The translations under genes were made by a program, and so were the position numbers. Shown here piece by piece: positions 1-7,452 of a stretch of DNA of 31,983 bases (position 1 is its first letter; every line of letters starts with the position of its first letter). Below the pieces are notes generated by a model. The model did not search any database, was not told the DNA's origin, and saw only the letters and a list, made by a program, of their open reading frames with translations. Source of the DNA: a virus (Duplodnaviria; Caudoviricetes). The DNA is taken from IMG/VR virus record IMGVR_UViG_3300036713_000115, positions 1-31,983 of that record; one strand, given 5' to 3'.

Positions 1-34
1 TATTTTAGCTTAATAATGTATAAAAAGGGAAGGT

Positions 35-301
35 TTAACCAATATTTCTAATTTTGTTTATATTGGCTTTTGTAAGTTTGCCTTTCTCAGCAATGATACG
101 CAGATGTCTTTCAACTTCTGGTAATAGTAATAATGATCTGTGGATATCTTCTCTAGCAGTAACATCATCTATTTCTCTTGAGTTTAACCAATGAGTAATA
201 TATTCGTTTTTAAGATTTTCTATTGCTTCTTTAAAAACCTCTGAGGTTAATATTTGTTCTGCTTGTGCTGCTTTAACTACTTCTTCGTGTGATACTGACA
301 T
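35..301 (-). CDS. Small conserved head-module protein (usually lies between portal and scaffold)
   Basis: 88 aa helical ORF (F.EA...LK..Y...W...RE pattern); start overlaps the upstream stop at 301. Confidence 0.55.
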   Translation of the reverse strand: MSVSHEEVVKAAQAEQILTSEVFKEAIENLKNEYITHWLNSREIDDVTAREDIHRSLLLLPEVERHLRIIAEKGKLTKANINKIRNIG

Positions 302-1359
302 TAAAATAATCCCATAGGTAATTGTTGGTCTACAGAAAATCTACCGCCAGTTGGCTGTTTAAAACCAGCAAGTTGTTCTTCTAATTGTGCAAGCCTTGTG
401 TCATAAGCTGTTAAATCTGGTTGTTGAAAAGTTGGCATATCAATACCAGCTATAGCTTTAGATATATCATCTTGTGTTACAAACTTAGAAACATCTGGAA
501 CTTGTTGTTGTGGTATAGACATTAATATATCTTGTTTTAAAACGCTTGGGTCAAAACTTGGTATATCTTCTAACCTAGCAAGACCACTTATATCAGGAAT
601 ATTAATACTTCCTCTTATATCTTTTATTAATTCATCTCTATCTATTGAAAACTCTCTACCTGTTGGAATGTCTGGAATAAAAGAAGGTATGTCTTGTTTA
701 GTAACAAACTGTGATAAATCAGGTTGTTCAAAAGTTGGCATACTTTCAGCTATTCGCTCTTGTACTATTTTGTCTATAGCATCTTTATCAAAACCACCAT
801 CAAATAATTTACCTATGTTTAATAAATTTTCTAGGGGTGGTACATCTCTAATATCTTTTACGCCACTAAATATATCTCTTGGTGGTAAATCTTGTTTTCT
901 ATCTACAGGTATATTTACACCACCAATGCCTGTGCCAAAGTAACTAGGATCATCTGCAAAAACACCATAAGGACTTGGTGTTCCTACAGGTGTTGTTCCA
1001 ACAGCTGTATTTAATTGTTCTTGTGTATAACCCATTGGTTGTTCTGGAGAATAGCTTACACCTGGTGCAATGACTTGAGACATTGGTATACCGCCAGCTA
1101 TAGAACGCGCATAGTCAAAACCAGAACGATATGTAGGATCTGAAGCTGGTATTGAATAACTACCAAATTCATCTGGACCTAATTGTGGTCCTTGTTGTTG
1201 TTGAAGTAAGTTAGCTAAATTTTGTAAATAATCAGCATTAGGAATTCCTGTCAGATTAGTACCGCCGCCAGAACTAGCGCCACCAAAAGCACCGCCACCA
1301 CCAAAGTTATTTCCAAGTGAGTTTGAAAAAATTTCTATATCTTCTAATTTTATTGCCAT
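301..1359 (-). CDS. Hypothetical, probably virion-associated; Gly/Pro-rich N-terminus and PD(L/I/V)S repeats
   Basis: 352 aa ORF; repeats MPTFEQPDLSQFVTKQDI, PDISGLARLEDI, PDVSKFVTQDDI, MPTFQQPDLTAY. Confidence 0.6.
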   Translation of the reverse strand: MAIKLEDIEIFSNSLGNNFGGGGAFGGASSGGGTNLTGIPNADYLQNLANLLQQQQGPQLGPDEFGSYSIPASDPTYRSGFDYARSIAGGIPMSQVIAPGVSYSPEQPMGYTQEQLNTAVGTTPVGTPSPYGVFADDPSYFGTGIGGVNIPVDRKQDLPPRDIFSGVKDIRDVPPLENLLNIGKLFDGGFDKDAIDKIVQERIAESMPTFEQPDLSQFVTKQDIPSFIPDIPTGREFSIDRDELIKDIRGSINIPDISGLARLEDIPSFDPSVLKQDILMSIPQQQVPDVSKFVTQDDISKAIAGIDMPTFQQPDLTAYDTRLAQLEEQLAGFKQPTGGRFSVDQQLPMGLF

Positions 1360-1360
1360 A

Positions 1361-1600
1361 TTATTGTGTTATTAATTTATCTATTTTGGCGTCTAGCTTA
1401 TCTATACGCTCTATAACCCTATCCATATTCATTATCAATTCTTCTTTGGTAACAAATCGCATAGCAACTTCTTCTCTGGTCTTATTGAGTAGTATATCAA
1501 CTCTTTTGATTTCTGTCGCGTTAGAACGAATACTATAAATGATAGGACCAAACACCAAGGTCATTATAATATTCCATAATAAAATAGAGCTTATTTCCAT
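1361..1600 (-). CDS. Membrane protein with coiled coil (lysis accessory / holin-like)
   Basis: N-terminal hydrophobic helix, C-terminal IERIDKLDAKIDKL coil, next to endolysin. Confidence 0.55.
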   Translation of the reverse strand: MEISSILLWNIIMTLVFGPIIYSIRSNATEIKRVDILLNKTREEVAMRFVTKEELIMNMDRVIERIDKLDAKIDKLITQ

Positions 1601-1972
1601 TTAGTAGCTCCACACATGAGGGCGTGGCCTGCCCTGTGAGTCTTTTGATATGTCCAAGTGTATAAATCTTGCATTGCCTTTTTGGTTAATTCCTATGCCT
1701 GTAAATCCATAATCAGTTGCTTTTGATATGACTTCTAGTGCTTGCTCGCCTCTGAGTAATATGTCAGCAGCCAATCCTAATGCGTGCGTGCCTGGTTCAG
1801 ATTTGACTTTTTCTATCGGATGATCTGCACATCTATATCCACTTGTTATTTTAAATGGAAAGCCTACATCGCTTCTTAACAATTGTAACTTATCCACAAG
1901 TTCTTTTTCAATCTTATTTTCACCACAATGCTTGCAAGCAAACTCTTCTATACTAAAATTTTCCCAACTCAT
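1601..1972 (-). CDS. Endolysin, peptidase M15 family
   Basis: EFACKHCG, ITSGYRC..H, H.LG.AAD, FIHLD Zn-peptidase motifs. Confidence 0.9.
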   Translation of the reverse strand: MSWENFSIEEFACKHCGENKIEKELVDKLQLLRSDVGFPFKITSGYRCADHPIEKVKSEPGTHALGLAADILLRGEQALEVISKATDYGFTGIGINQKGNARFIHLDISKDSQGRPRPHVWSY

Positions 1973-2340
1973 CTTGTTAATCCTTTAGTTTTCTCATAAC
2001 TTCTCATACCACCCAATCCTAACATACCCATTAATACAGGTAACATAGTTGAAGTATCTGCTTGTGGTACATCAATACCAAAGGGTGCTAATAAAGGACT
2101 AATTAAAAAGTTTACTGCAAAACCTGCAACACATACCCATGCTGTTGCTGGTCTCCATGATGATTGAAACCAACTACCTTTAGCTTCTTCTTTGTTTACT
2201 TCTATTTGTGCTTTAGCTATTTCATGGATATGTTTTTGAGACATAGTTGCAAGTTCATGCGCAATCTGTTGTTTTGTATCTGCGTCTGGTATGAACTTAT
2301 CAAGAATCTTCGTTACTGGTTTTATTAGTTTGTCTATCAT
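1969..2340 (-). CDS. Holin (3TM, GTA-holin-like)
   Basis: SWRPA.AWVC...F and MLGLGGMRSYEK motifs; hydrophobic segments; adjacent to endolysin. Confidence 0.85.
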   Translation of the reverse strand: MIDKLIKPVTKILDKFIPDADTKQQIAHELATMSQKHIHEIAKAQIEVNKEEAKGSWFQSSWRPATAWVCVAGFAVNFLISPLLAPFGIDVPQADTSTMLPVLMGMLGLGGMRSYEKTKGLTR

Positions 2341-2665
2341 TGTGTAGCCTTATAAAATATTCAGCATCGACTAACGCGAGAGGCTTTGTTCTATTTCTCT
2401 TTATTATAACCAAAGGTTCGTAAGTTTTGCAGTTTTCTTGCGATTGTTCGTATGCTTTCCATACATTAACTGACTCTTGGTTTTTGCACTCTACTGAGTA
2501 AGGAAATTGTTTTCTTGATTGAACACCCATAATAATATCTTCACCATTAGAACCCATGGGTCTTGATTCTAAATCTTCAGGATCGAAACCAAGTAATTCA
2601 ACGAGTTTATCTACAACCCATTGTTGTAAAGCTCTGCCTTTAGCTTTGGCAGATTGTGGTTTCAT
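2300..2665 (-). CDS. Holliday junction resolvase-like PD-(D/E)XK nuclease
   Basis: SAKAKGR.LQ, G..G.DI, VECKNQE, PLVIIKRNR motifs. Confidence 0.8.
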   Translation of the reverse strand: MKPQSAKAKGRALQQWVVDKLVELLGFDPEDLESRPMGSNGEDIIMGVQSRKQFPYSVECKNQESVNVWKAYEQSQENCKTYEPLVIIKRNRTKPLALVDAEYFIRLHNDRQTNKTSNEDS

Positions 2666-2802
2666 TTATGTTTTTTAATTACAGGAAGTTCTGCTGTAAG
2701 TGACGCGCCTTTGTGTTTTACAAACTTACCAGTATGTTTCATAAGTTTATAAGTCTTACCATCTTTCATAAAGTGATAGCCTTTAGGTGCTTTTACTTTC
2801 AT
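2662..2802 (-). CDS. Small basic protein, 46 aa (MKVKAPKGYHFMK...)
   Basis: Translated by hand; start and stop overlap both neighbours. Confidence 0.7.
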   Translation of the reverse strand: MKVKAPKGYHFMKDGKTYKLMKHTGKFVKHKGASLTAELPVIKKHK

Positions 2803-2915
2803 TACTTTTTCTTTTTCTTTTGTAACTTTTTAAAGTCAGCAGCAGTAATTTTATTTCTTGGCTTTGCGACTTTAGCTAATTTTTTTTGCTTTGGTGAATA
2901 CTTGCTGAAAGGCAT
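2802..2915 (-). CDS. Small basic protein, 37 aa (MPFSKYSPKQKKLAK...ITAADFKKL)
   Basis: Translated by hand; TAATG coupling to next gene. Confidence 0.7.
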   Translation of the reverse strand: MPFSKYSPKQKKLAKVAKPRNKITAADFKKLQKKKKK

Positions 2916-2916
2916 A

Positions 2917-2994
2917 TTACTTTCCTTTTTTCTTAGGTTTTGTTTTTTTCTTTTTAGGTTTCATTGCTGGTTTACCATATCCATATCCTGGCAT
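2917..2994 (-). CDS. Very small Lys-rich protein, 25 aa (MPGYGYGKPAMKPKKKKTKPKKKGK)
   Basis: Translated by hand; AAGGAG SD upstream. Confidence 0.65.
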   Translation of the reverse strand: MPGYGYGKPAMKPKKKKTKPKKKGK

Positions 2995-2996
2995 AA

Positions 2997-3092
2997 CTAT
3001 TCTCCTTGTTGTATTTTTAAAAACATTTTATCAGCCTTTTTTTGTAAAGACCATTCTAAATATTTGGTTAATAAATCTTTTAATAATCTCAC
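2997..3092 (-). CDS. Small protein, 31 aa (GTG start, RLLKDLLTKYLEWSLQKK...)
   Basis: GTGA overlap with upstream stop; fills the gap. Confidence 0.5.
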   Translation of the reverse strand: MRLLKDLLTKYLEWSLQKKADKMFLKIQQGE

Positions 3093-3355
3093 TTCTTTTT
3101 AATTATAGTTTTAACATTGGTGGGCTTACCACCTACGCCTTGTGGCTTTGCTCGTTTTCTTGTAACTGCACTTTTCTTTTGTGAAGCAGTCATTCTTTTA
3201 GCTTTTGAATCTGGCACGCATTTAGGATATTTTCTTTTAGATCCTTTAGCAGATTTTCTACCGCATTTTTCATAGCTTCCATCTTTCTTTTTAGAACCTA
3301 TGTCAACCCAGTTCTCTTTAAACCATTTAGCTAAACCTTCAGTATCTCTAGGCAT
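3089..3355 (-). CDS. Basic conserved phage protein (DUF5872-like C-terminal half)
   Basis: GL.KWFKE.WVD, CGR, YPKCVP motifs. Confidence 0.65.
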   Translation of the reverse strand: MPRDTEGLAKWFKENWVDIGSKKKDGSYEKCGRKSAKGSKRKYPKCVPDSKAKRMTASQKKSAVTRKRAKPQGVGGKPTNVKTIIKKK

Positions 3356-3509
3356 TTTTATATTTGCCGCCTTTCTTTTTGTATTCTCTTACAAGCCATG
3401 CGTTAGCATACGCGCTTGGATATACATCAAACTTTCTTTTAGCGGCAGCTTTCACGCTTGCGTATAGGGCTGGGTTTGTTGGAACTGGTCCTTTCTTTTT
3501 TGCTACCAT
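3348..3509 (-). CDS. Basic conserved phage protein, 53 aa (DUF5872-like N-terminal half)
   Basis: Translated by hand: PTNPALYASVKAAAKRKFDVYPSAYANAWLVREYKKKGGKY. Confidence 0.75.
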   Translation of the reverse strand: MVAKKKGPVPTNPALYASVKAAAKRKFDVYPSAYANAWLVREYKKKGGKYKNA

Positions 3510-3754
3510 TTTTTACAACTCCAATATCTTGCTGATAATTTATCTGGGGGATTGGTATCACACTTATGTCTAGCGCGAAAAGATTTTCTTCTTGCTGGTT
3601 GGTCTTTTTTAATTGTCATTTTAGGATCACCAAATCTAACAAGTTTTACTTGGTCATCTTTTTTAGCTAAAACAGCAAACTTTTTAGATTTACCTGGTGT
3701 TCGTTTTGGTTTGTTGTAACCGCTAAACCTTTCGCCTCTATATGTTATTGCCAT
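3503..3754 (-). CDS. Basic conserved phage protein (FGD...RRKSFRARH.C...SARYWS family)
   Basis: 83 aa ORF, GAGGT SD; motif widespread in environmental viruses. Confidence 0.75.
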   Translation of the reverse strand: MAITYRGERFSGYNKPKRTPGKSKKFAVLAKKDDQVKLVRFGDPKMTIKKDQPARRKSFRARHKCDTNPPDKLSARYWSCKKW

Positions 3755-3813
3755 AAAATACCTCGGTTATAAGTATAATTTATATTAAATTAAAAATATA
3801 GTACAATGGATTT
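3755..3813. promoter_or_regulatory. AT-rich divergent promoter region
   Basis: + strand TACAAT 3802-3807, 6 nt before ATG 3814 (leaderless-type geometry); - strand TATACT 3772-3777 ahead of gene 3754. Confidence 0.45.
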
Positions 3814-4041
3814 ATGGCGAATCAAATTAAATATTTTGAATGGAATAAAGGACCTGCAATTATAAAACCATCTAAACCTGGTCATGTTAAAGGTTTATTT
3901 TTATCACCAACAACTAATAAATGGACTCCTGCTAATGTTATGCAAGTTGGAGACTTTTTTGATAACGGCGATATGATAAATAAAGATGATTTTCAAGAAA
4001 GGTTTGGAATAATCGGTAGAGACTTACCGAGCGTTATTTAA
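3814..4041 (+). CDS. Candidate immunity/antitoxin of the adjacent alarmone synthetase
   Basis: 75 aa; the only credible + strand gene in a 9.5 kb minus-strand block; overlaps the SAS stop by 8 nt. Confidence 0.55.
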   Translation: MANQIKYFEWNKGPAIIKPSKPGHVKGLFLSPTTNKWTPANVMQVGDFFDNGDMINKDDFQERFGIIGRDLPSVI

Positions 4042-5014
4042 TAGTTACTACCGCATCTAAGAAACTTTCATCCATTTCTTTTCTAGCTTCATTAAAGAAT
4101 TTTTTTTGAATGTTGATTAACTCTTCTTCTTTTTTAATTATGTCTACAGGTATTTCTGTAGCATCTGGATTTTTTTTAAAATAAGTTTCTCTGATAGATC
4201 TTTGTTTTGTGTAAAATGGGTGTGCTTTTGCAGAAGCATCTGCCATGGGTTTAGATATTAATTGCACTTCACCGACTATTTTTTCTCCTGTTACTGGAGA
4301 CTTATAAGCAACATTAACATTTCTAGCTTGAAAACCAGAAGATTTAATTAATTTTTCACCTTCATCTAAAACATCATATTTCTGTTTTAACTGTGCAACA
4401 ACATCATCTGCATTTTTTGGATTATTTACATATATTCTTGTTCTTACAGGGTCTGTAATCTCACTTACTTTTTTTCCTCTAATCTGTTTATCAAGAATAC
4501 TTGGCATACTTTTTATTTCCACATCAAACTGTCTCTCACCTTTTTGTATATATTTTGGCGCTTTTTCTAAACCAAGGTTTTTAGATATATCAGTTATTTC
4601 TTTTTGAAAGCCTGGATTTAATCTTTTTGCTGATCTATAAAGTTGTTGTGGCGTTTGAGACCACCCTTGCGTTCTATCAGTAAACCTTTTTTCTGCTAGC
4701 TGTTTGTTTTTAAATAATGGTGTGTAAAGATATTCTGGTTTTAATAAACTTTTTGTTACTCTCGCTGGCGCAAAAGCGGTTAATGCAATATCTAAAGGTG
4801 TTTCTGGAACAAAAAAATCTCTTACACCTCTACCTAGTCTTTGTATGTTAGATATTACAGGATCACGGCTTGGTTGACTTCTTTGTGACTGTATAGCCTC
4901 ATAAGGACTCATAGGAGTAATAGAACCTACATCTGGAGTTGTAGAACCAACAACACCTCTTGGTTGCTTGGTTAATAACAAACGCTGTAATTCTTGCAAA
5001 GACTCTGGTGTCAT
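4034..5014 (-). CDS. RelA/SpoT-family small alarmone synthetase domain protein with unrelated N-terminal extension
   Basis: K168S..S...K176, D188..R.R, SGF...N.N, GE249VQ251L, AH265..Y motifs in correct order. Confidence 0.85.
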   Translation of the reverse strand: MTPESLQELQRLLLTKQPRGVVGSTTPDVGSITPMSPYEAIQSQRSQPSRDPVISNIQRLGRGVRDFFVPETPLDIALTAFAPARVTKSLLKPEYLYTPLFKNKQLAEKRFTDRTQGWSQTPQQLYRSAKRLNPGFQKEITDISKNLGLEKAPKYIQKGERQFDVEIKSMPSILDKQIRGKKVSEITDPVRTRIYVNNPKNADDVVAQLKQKYDVLDEGEKLIKSSGFQARNVNVAYKSPVTGEKIVGEVQLISKPMADASAKAHPFYTKQRSIRETYFKKNPDATEIPVDIIKKEEELINIQKKFFNEARKEMDESFLDAVVTIK

Positions 5015-5139
5015 TTCTTCTTCCTAGGTCTACCTCTTTTTTTAACAACTGGTGCTGGTGTCATAAAACTATCAAACCAGTTTAAAAATTTATGTATCGT
5101 TTCTTTTAACCATACCCAAAACTTTCTTATGTATTTCAT
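5011..5139 (-). CDS. 42 aa protein: Trp-rich amphipathic helix plus AT-hook
   Basis: Translated by hand: MKYIRKFWVWLKETIHKFLNWFDSFMTPAPVVKKRGRPRKKK; coupled to both neighbours. Confidence 0.7.
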   Translation of the reverse strand: MKYIRKFWVWLKETIHKFLNWFDSFMTPAPVVKKRGRPRKKK

Positions 5140-5318
5140 TAGTGTAACTCCTTCTGTTCAATAAATATAATTTCTGAATCTGAATTAACTTCACCACCAG
5201 ACATAAGCGACATAATTCTTAATGCATCATCTTTGGTTTTTGCTTTTATATCTTTACCAACGTAAACCATATCGCCTTCTAACACTTCTAAATTAAATAT
5301 TTTGTGTTGGTGGTACAT
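5139..5318 (-). CDS. Hypothetical protein (~59 aa)
   Basis: Probable start at MYHQHK near portal end; longer ORF call overlaps portal. Confidence 0.5.
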   Translation of the reverse strand: MYHQHKIFNLEVLEGDMVYVGKDIKAKTKDDALRIMSLMSGGEVNSDSEIIFIEQKELH

Positions 5319-7449
5319 TGCCTGTAAATAATCCTTGAGCTTGATCTTTTGCATTTTGTCTAATATTTTCTCTGTCTCGCTCCATGATAGCATTTATTTC
5401 TGCAATGTTAATTTGTGCGCCATACTTAGCCTGTAGCTCTAAAGCTTTAATTCTAAGTTGTGCCTCTTCGATATCTCTTTGTCTATCATCATCCATGATA
5501 ATTTTCATTCTATCTGTCTCTGCATCAATGATAGCTTTCTGAGCTTGTACCTGTGCCTTCTGAGCTTCAGCCTGTGCTAATAAAGCAGCTGGGTCTGGCT
5601 GTGGTGGCTGTTCAGGTTGTGGTGGCATAGGCGGAACTTCTGTATTCACAAAGGATTGTGCATCTTGGAAGCCTGCTAACTCAATCATTCTAGTCAAAGT
5701 GTTAGCATATTGTTGCATTGACACTAGAGGATTCTGTGGCCCTAGTAATTGCAATATTTGCTCTTGTTTTCCTGCAACTTGAGTTAAGACTTGGAACTTT
5801 TCTTGGTCAGATGATTTAGATATAGCTACATTGACTACCATATCCTTATCTGAATCCCAATATCTTGGATCTACAGGTATAAATTTACCGTTTAATCTAA
5901 AGACATCTTGTGCATTTTGGTGTTTGATTACCAAGTTATTTACTGTTTTAAACATAGCTTTTAGGCCACCTTCAGCAAAATGTCTGCATATAAGCTCTAT
6001 TCTGCCTTGCGCACCACTCATAGTAGCTGTTACAGCTGCGGAAGTTGTAGATTGTAAAGCTTCTGCATTTAATCCTGCGCTTGCTTTAGATACACCAGTT
6101 CTGTTTTCTTTTGCTTCATCTAAATATCCTAGGACTGGGAAAGCTTCTTTACCAACAAAAGGTACAGCAAATGGTTGTACCATTCCTGGCGCTCTCATTC
6201 TAATTGGTTGACCGATATCTGTATTAAGTACATCGTCTATGTTTACTTGACCCTCAACAACTCCCATTCTTGGGAAGATTGAATGACCAAGAGAATCCAA
6301 GGTATCACGCATGATTTGTGATTTAGCAGATTGAATTGGTTTTAGATAATCAGCAGGACATGAGCCAATTGCTGTGTGTGGCTCTGGGTCAGGACAGAAC
6401 ATACATATTGGTAATTCATCCCATGGTTCTACGTTTAGAACTTCTAAGCCATTACCTGCTGTGCAAACTCTGATTCGCTCATCAATACCATCACCATCAA
6501 AGTCATAGTATAGGTAATGCTCTACATATAAAACATCTTTACCACCAGCATCGTTTCTATCTGGGTACACCATGTTATCAAATGGGTTTCTTGCTTCTTG
6601 TTCTTCGTAGCTTTCTGGGTCAAGTGCGCTACCGCCATAACCTGCATATTGCTCTATCTCTTCTTGGTCGTAACCCATAGCGACTAGGTCGGACACGGAT
6701 TTAATCATTCTGTGTGCGACGTAAGAAGCAGTTTCTATGTCGCGTGCGTGTCTTGAAATTAATATTTCTTCTGGTGGTACTGATTCAATACATACTTGGT
6801 CTTTTGGTTTTAATCTTCTAATCGTTAGGTCGTAACTTGATGGCACTTCCTGAACTACCTCTTCTTGGCTTACAGGGTCAAAAGTAATAATGGTTTCGTT
6901 AGTGACTGATTCTTCTACTACTTCTACATTCTTATCAAGGATTAATGCCTGGTAGGATTGTGGATCTATATTCGTGTATTCGTGCGTGGATGCAGTTACG
7001 CTGTCATCCCAAAAAACTTTAATAAAACCAGTTTTTCTTACTAAAGCATCTTTGAATACATCATATAAAACTTGGAAGCCAGGATTTTTTTCTCTGATTA
7101 TATAATTAATATAATCTGTTTGTTGTTCTGCAAGTTGAATATCCTCTGGTCCTTTAGGTACAAACTCTACAATTTTTTTAGTGCCAAAAAAAGTACGCAT
7201 GATGGATGGCAACATAAACAAAACACTTTCTCGCACATCTGTAGAAACAAACTCTGATTGTAATGAGCTAGTTCCTTCTGGCTCTGTACCAAGGTAATAT
7301 TCTGTTGATTCAGCTCTTTCTGCGCCGACTTGATGTATGAAATCTTTTGCGTCATCCATTTCGGATTTAATCACGCCTACTAAGTCGTTCATATCGCCTT
7401 CTTCTTGTACTGCGGCCATGATTTCTTCTTCTTTATATTTCTTTGCCAT
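5293..7449 (-). CDS. Portal protein (P22/SU10-like, with Gln-rich barrel)
   Basis: 718 aa after terL; EYYLG, S.FVS.DVRE.V, KDAL..KTG..KV.WD, RTGVS motifs, C-terminal coil. Confidence 0.92.
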   Translation of the reverse strand: MAKKYKEEEIMAAVQEEGDMNDLVGVIKSEMDDAKDFIHQVGAERAESTEYYLGTEPEGTSSLQSEFVSTDVRESVLFMLPSIMRTFFGTKKIVEFVPKGPEDIQLAEQQTDYINYIIREKNPGFQVLYDVFKDALVRKTGFIKVFWDDSVTASTHEYTNIDPQSYQALILDKNVEVVEESVTNETIITFDPVSQEEVVQEVPSSYDLTIRRLKPKDQVCIESVPPEEILISRHARDIETASYVAHRMIKSVSDLVAMGYDQEEIEQYAGYGGSALDPESYEEQEARNPFDNMVYPDRNDAGGKDVLYVEHYLYYDFDGDGIDERIRVCTAGNGLEVLNVEPWDELPICMFCPDPEPHTAIGSCPADYLKPIQSAKSQIMRDTLDSLGHSIFPRMGVVEGQVNIDDVLNTDIGQPIRMRAPGMVQPFAVPFVGKEAFPVLGYLDEAKENRTGVSKASAGLNAEALQSTTSAAVTATMSGAQGRIELICRHFAEGGLKAMFKTVNNLVIKHQNAQDVFRLNGKFIPVDPRYWDSDKDMVVNVAISKSSDQEKFQVLTQVAGKQEQILQLLGPQNPLVSMQQYANTLTRMIELAGFQDAQSFVNTEVPPMPPQPEQPPQPDPAALLAQAEAQKAQVQAQKAIIDAETDRMKIIMDDDRQRDIEEAQLRIKALELQAKYGAQINIAEINAIMERDRENIRQNAKDQAQGLFTGNVPPTQNI

Positions 7450-7452
7450 AAA

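Noticed and set aside
2713-3102. 129-aa Phe-rich + strand ORF
   Set aside because: Antisense of Lys-rich minus-strand micro-genes
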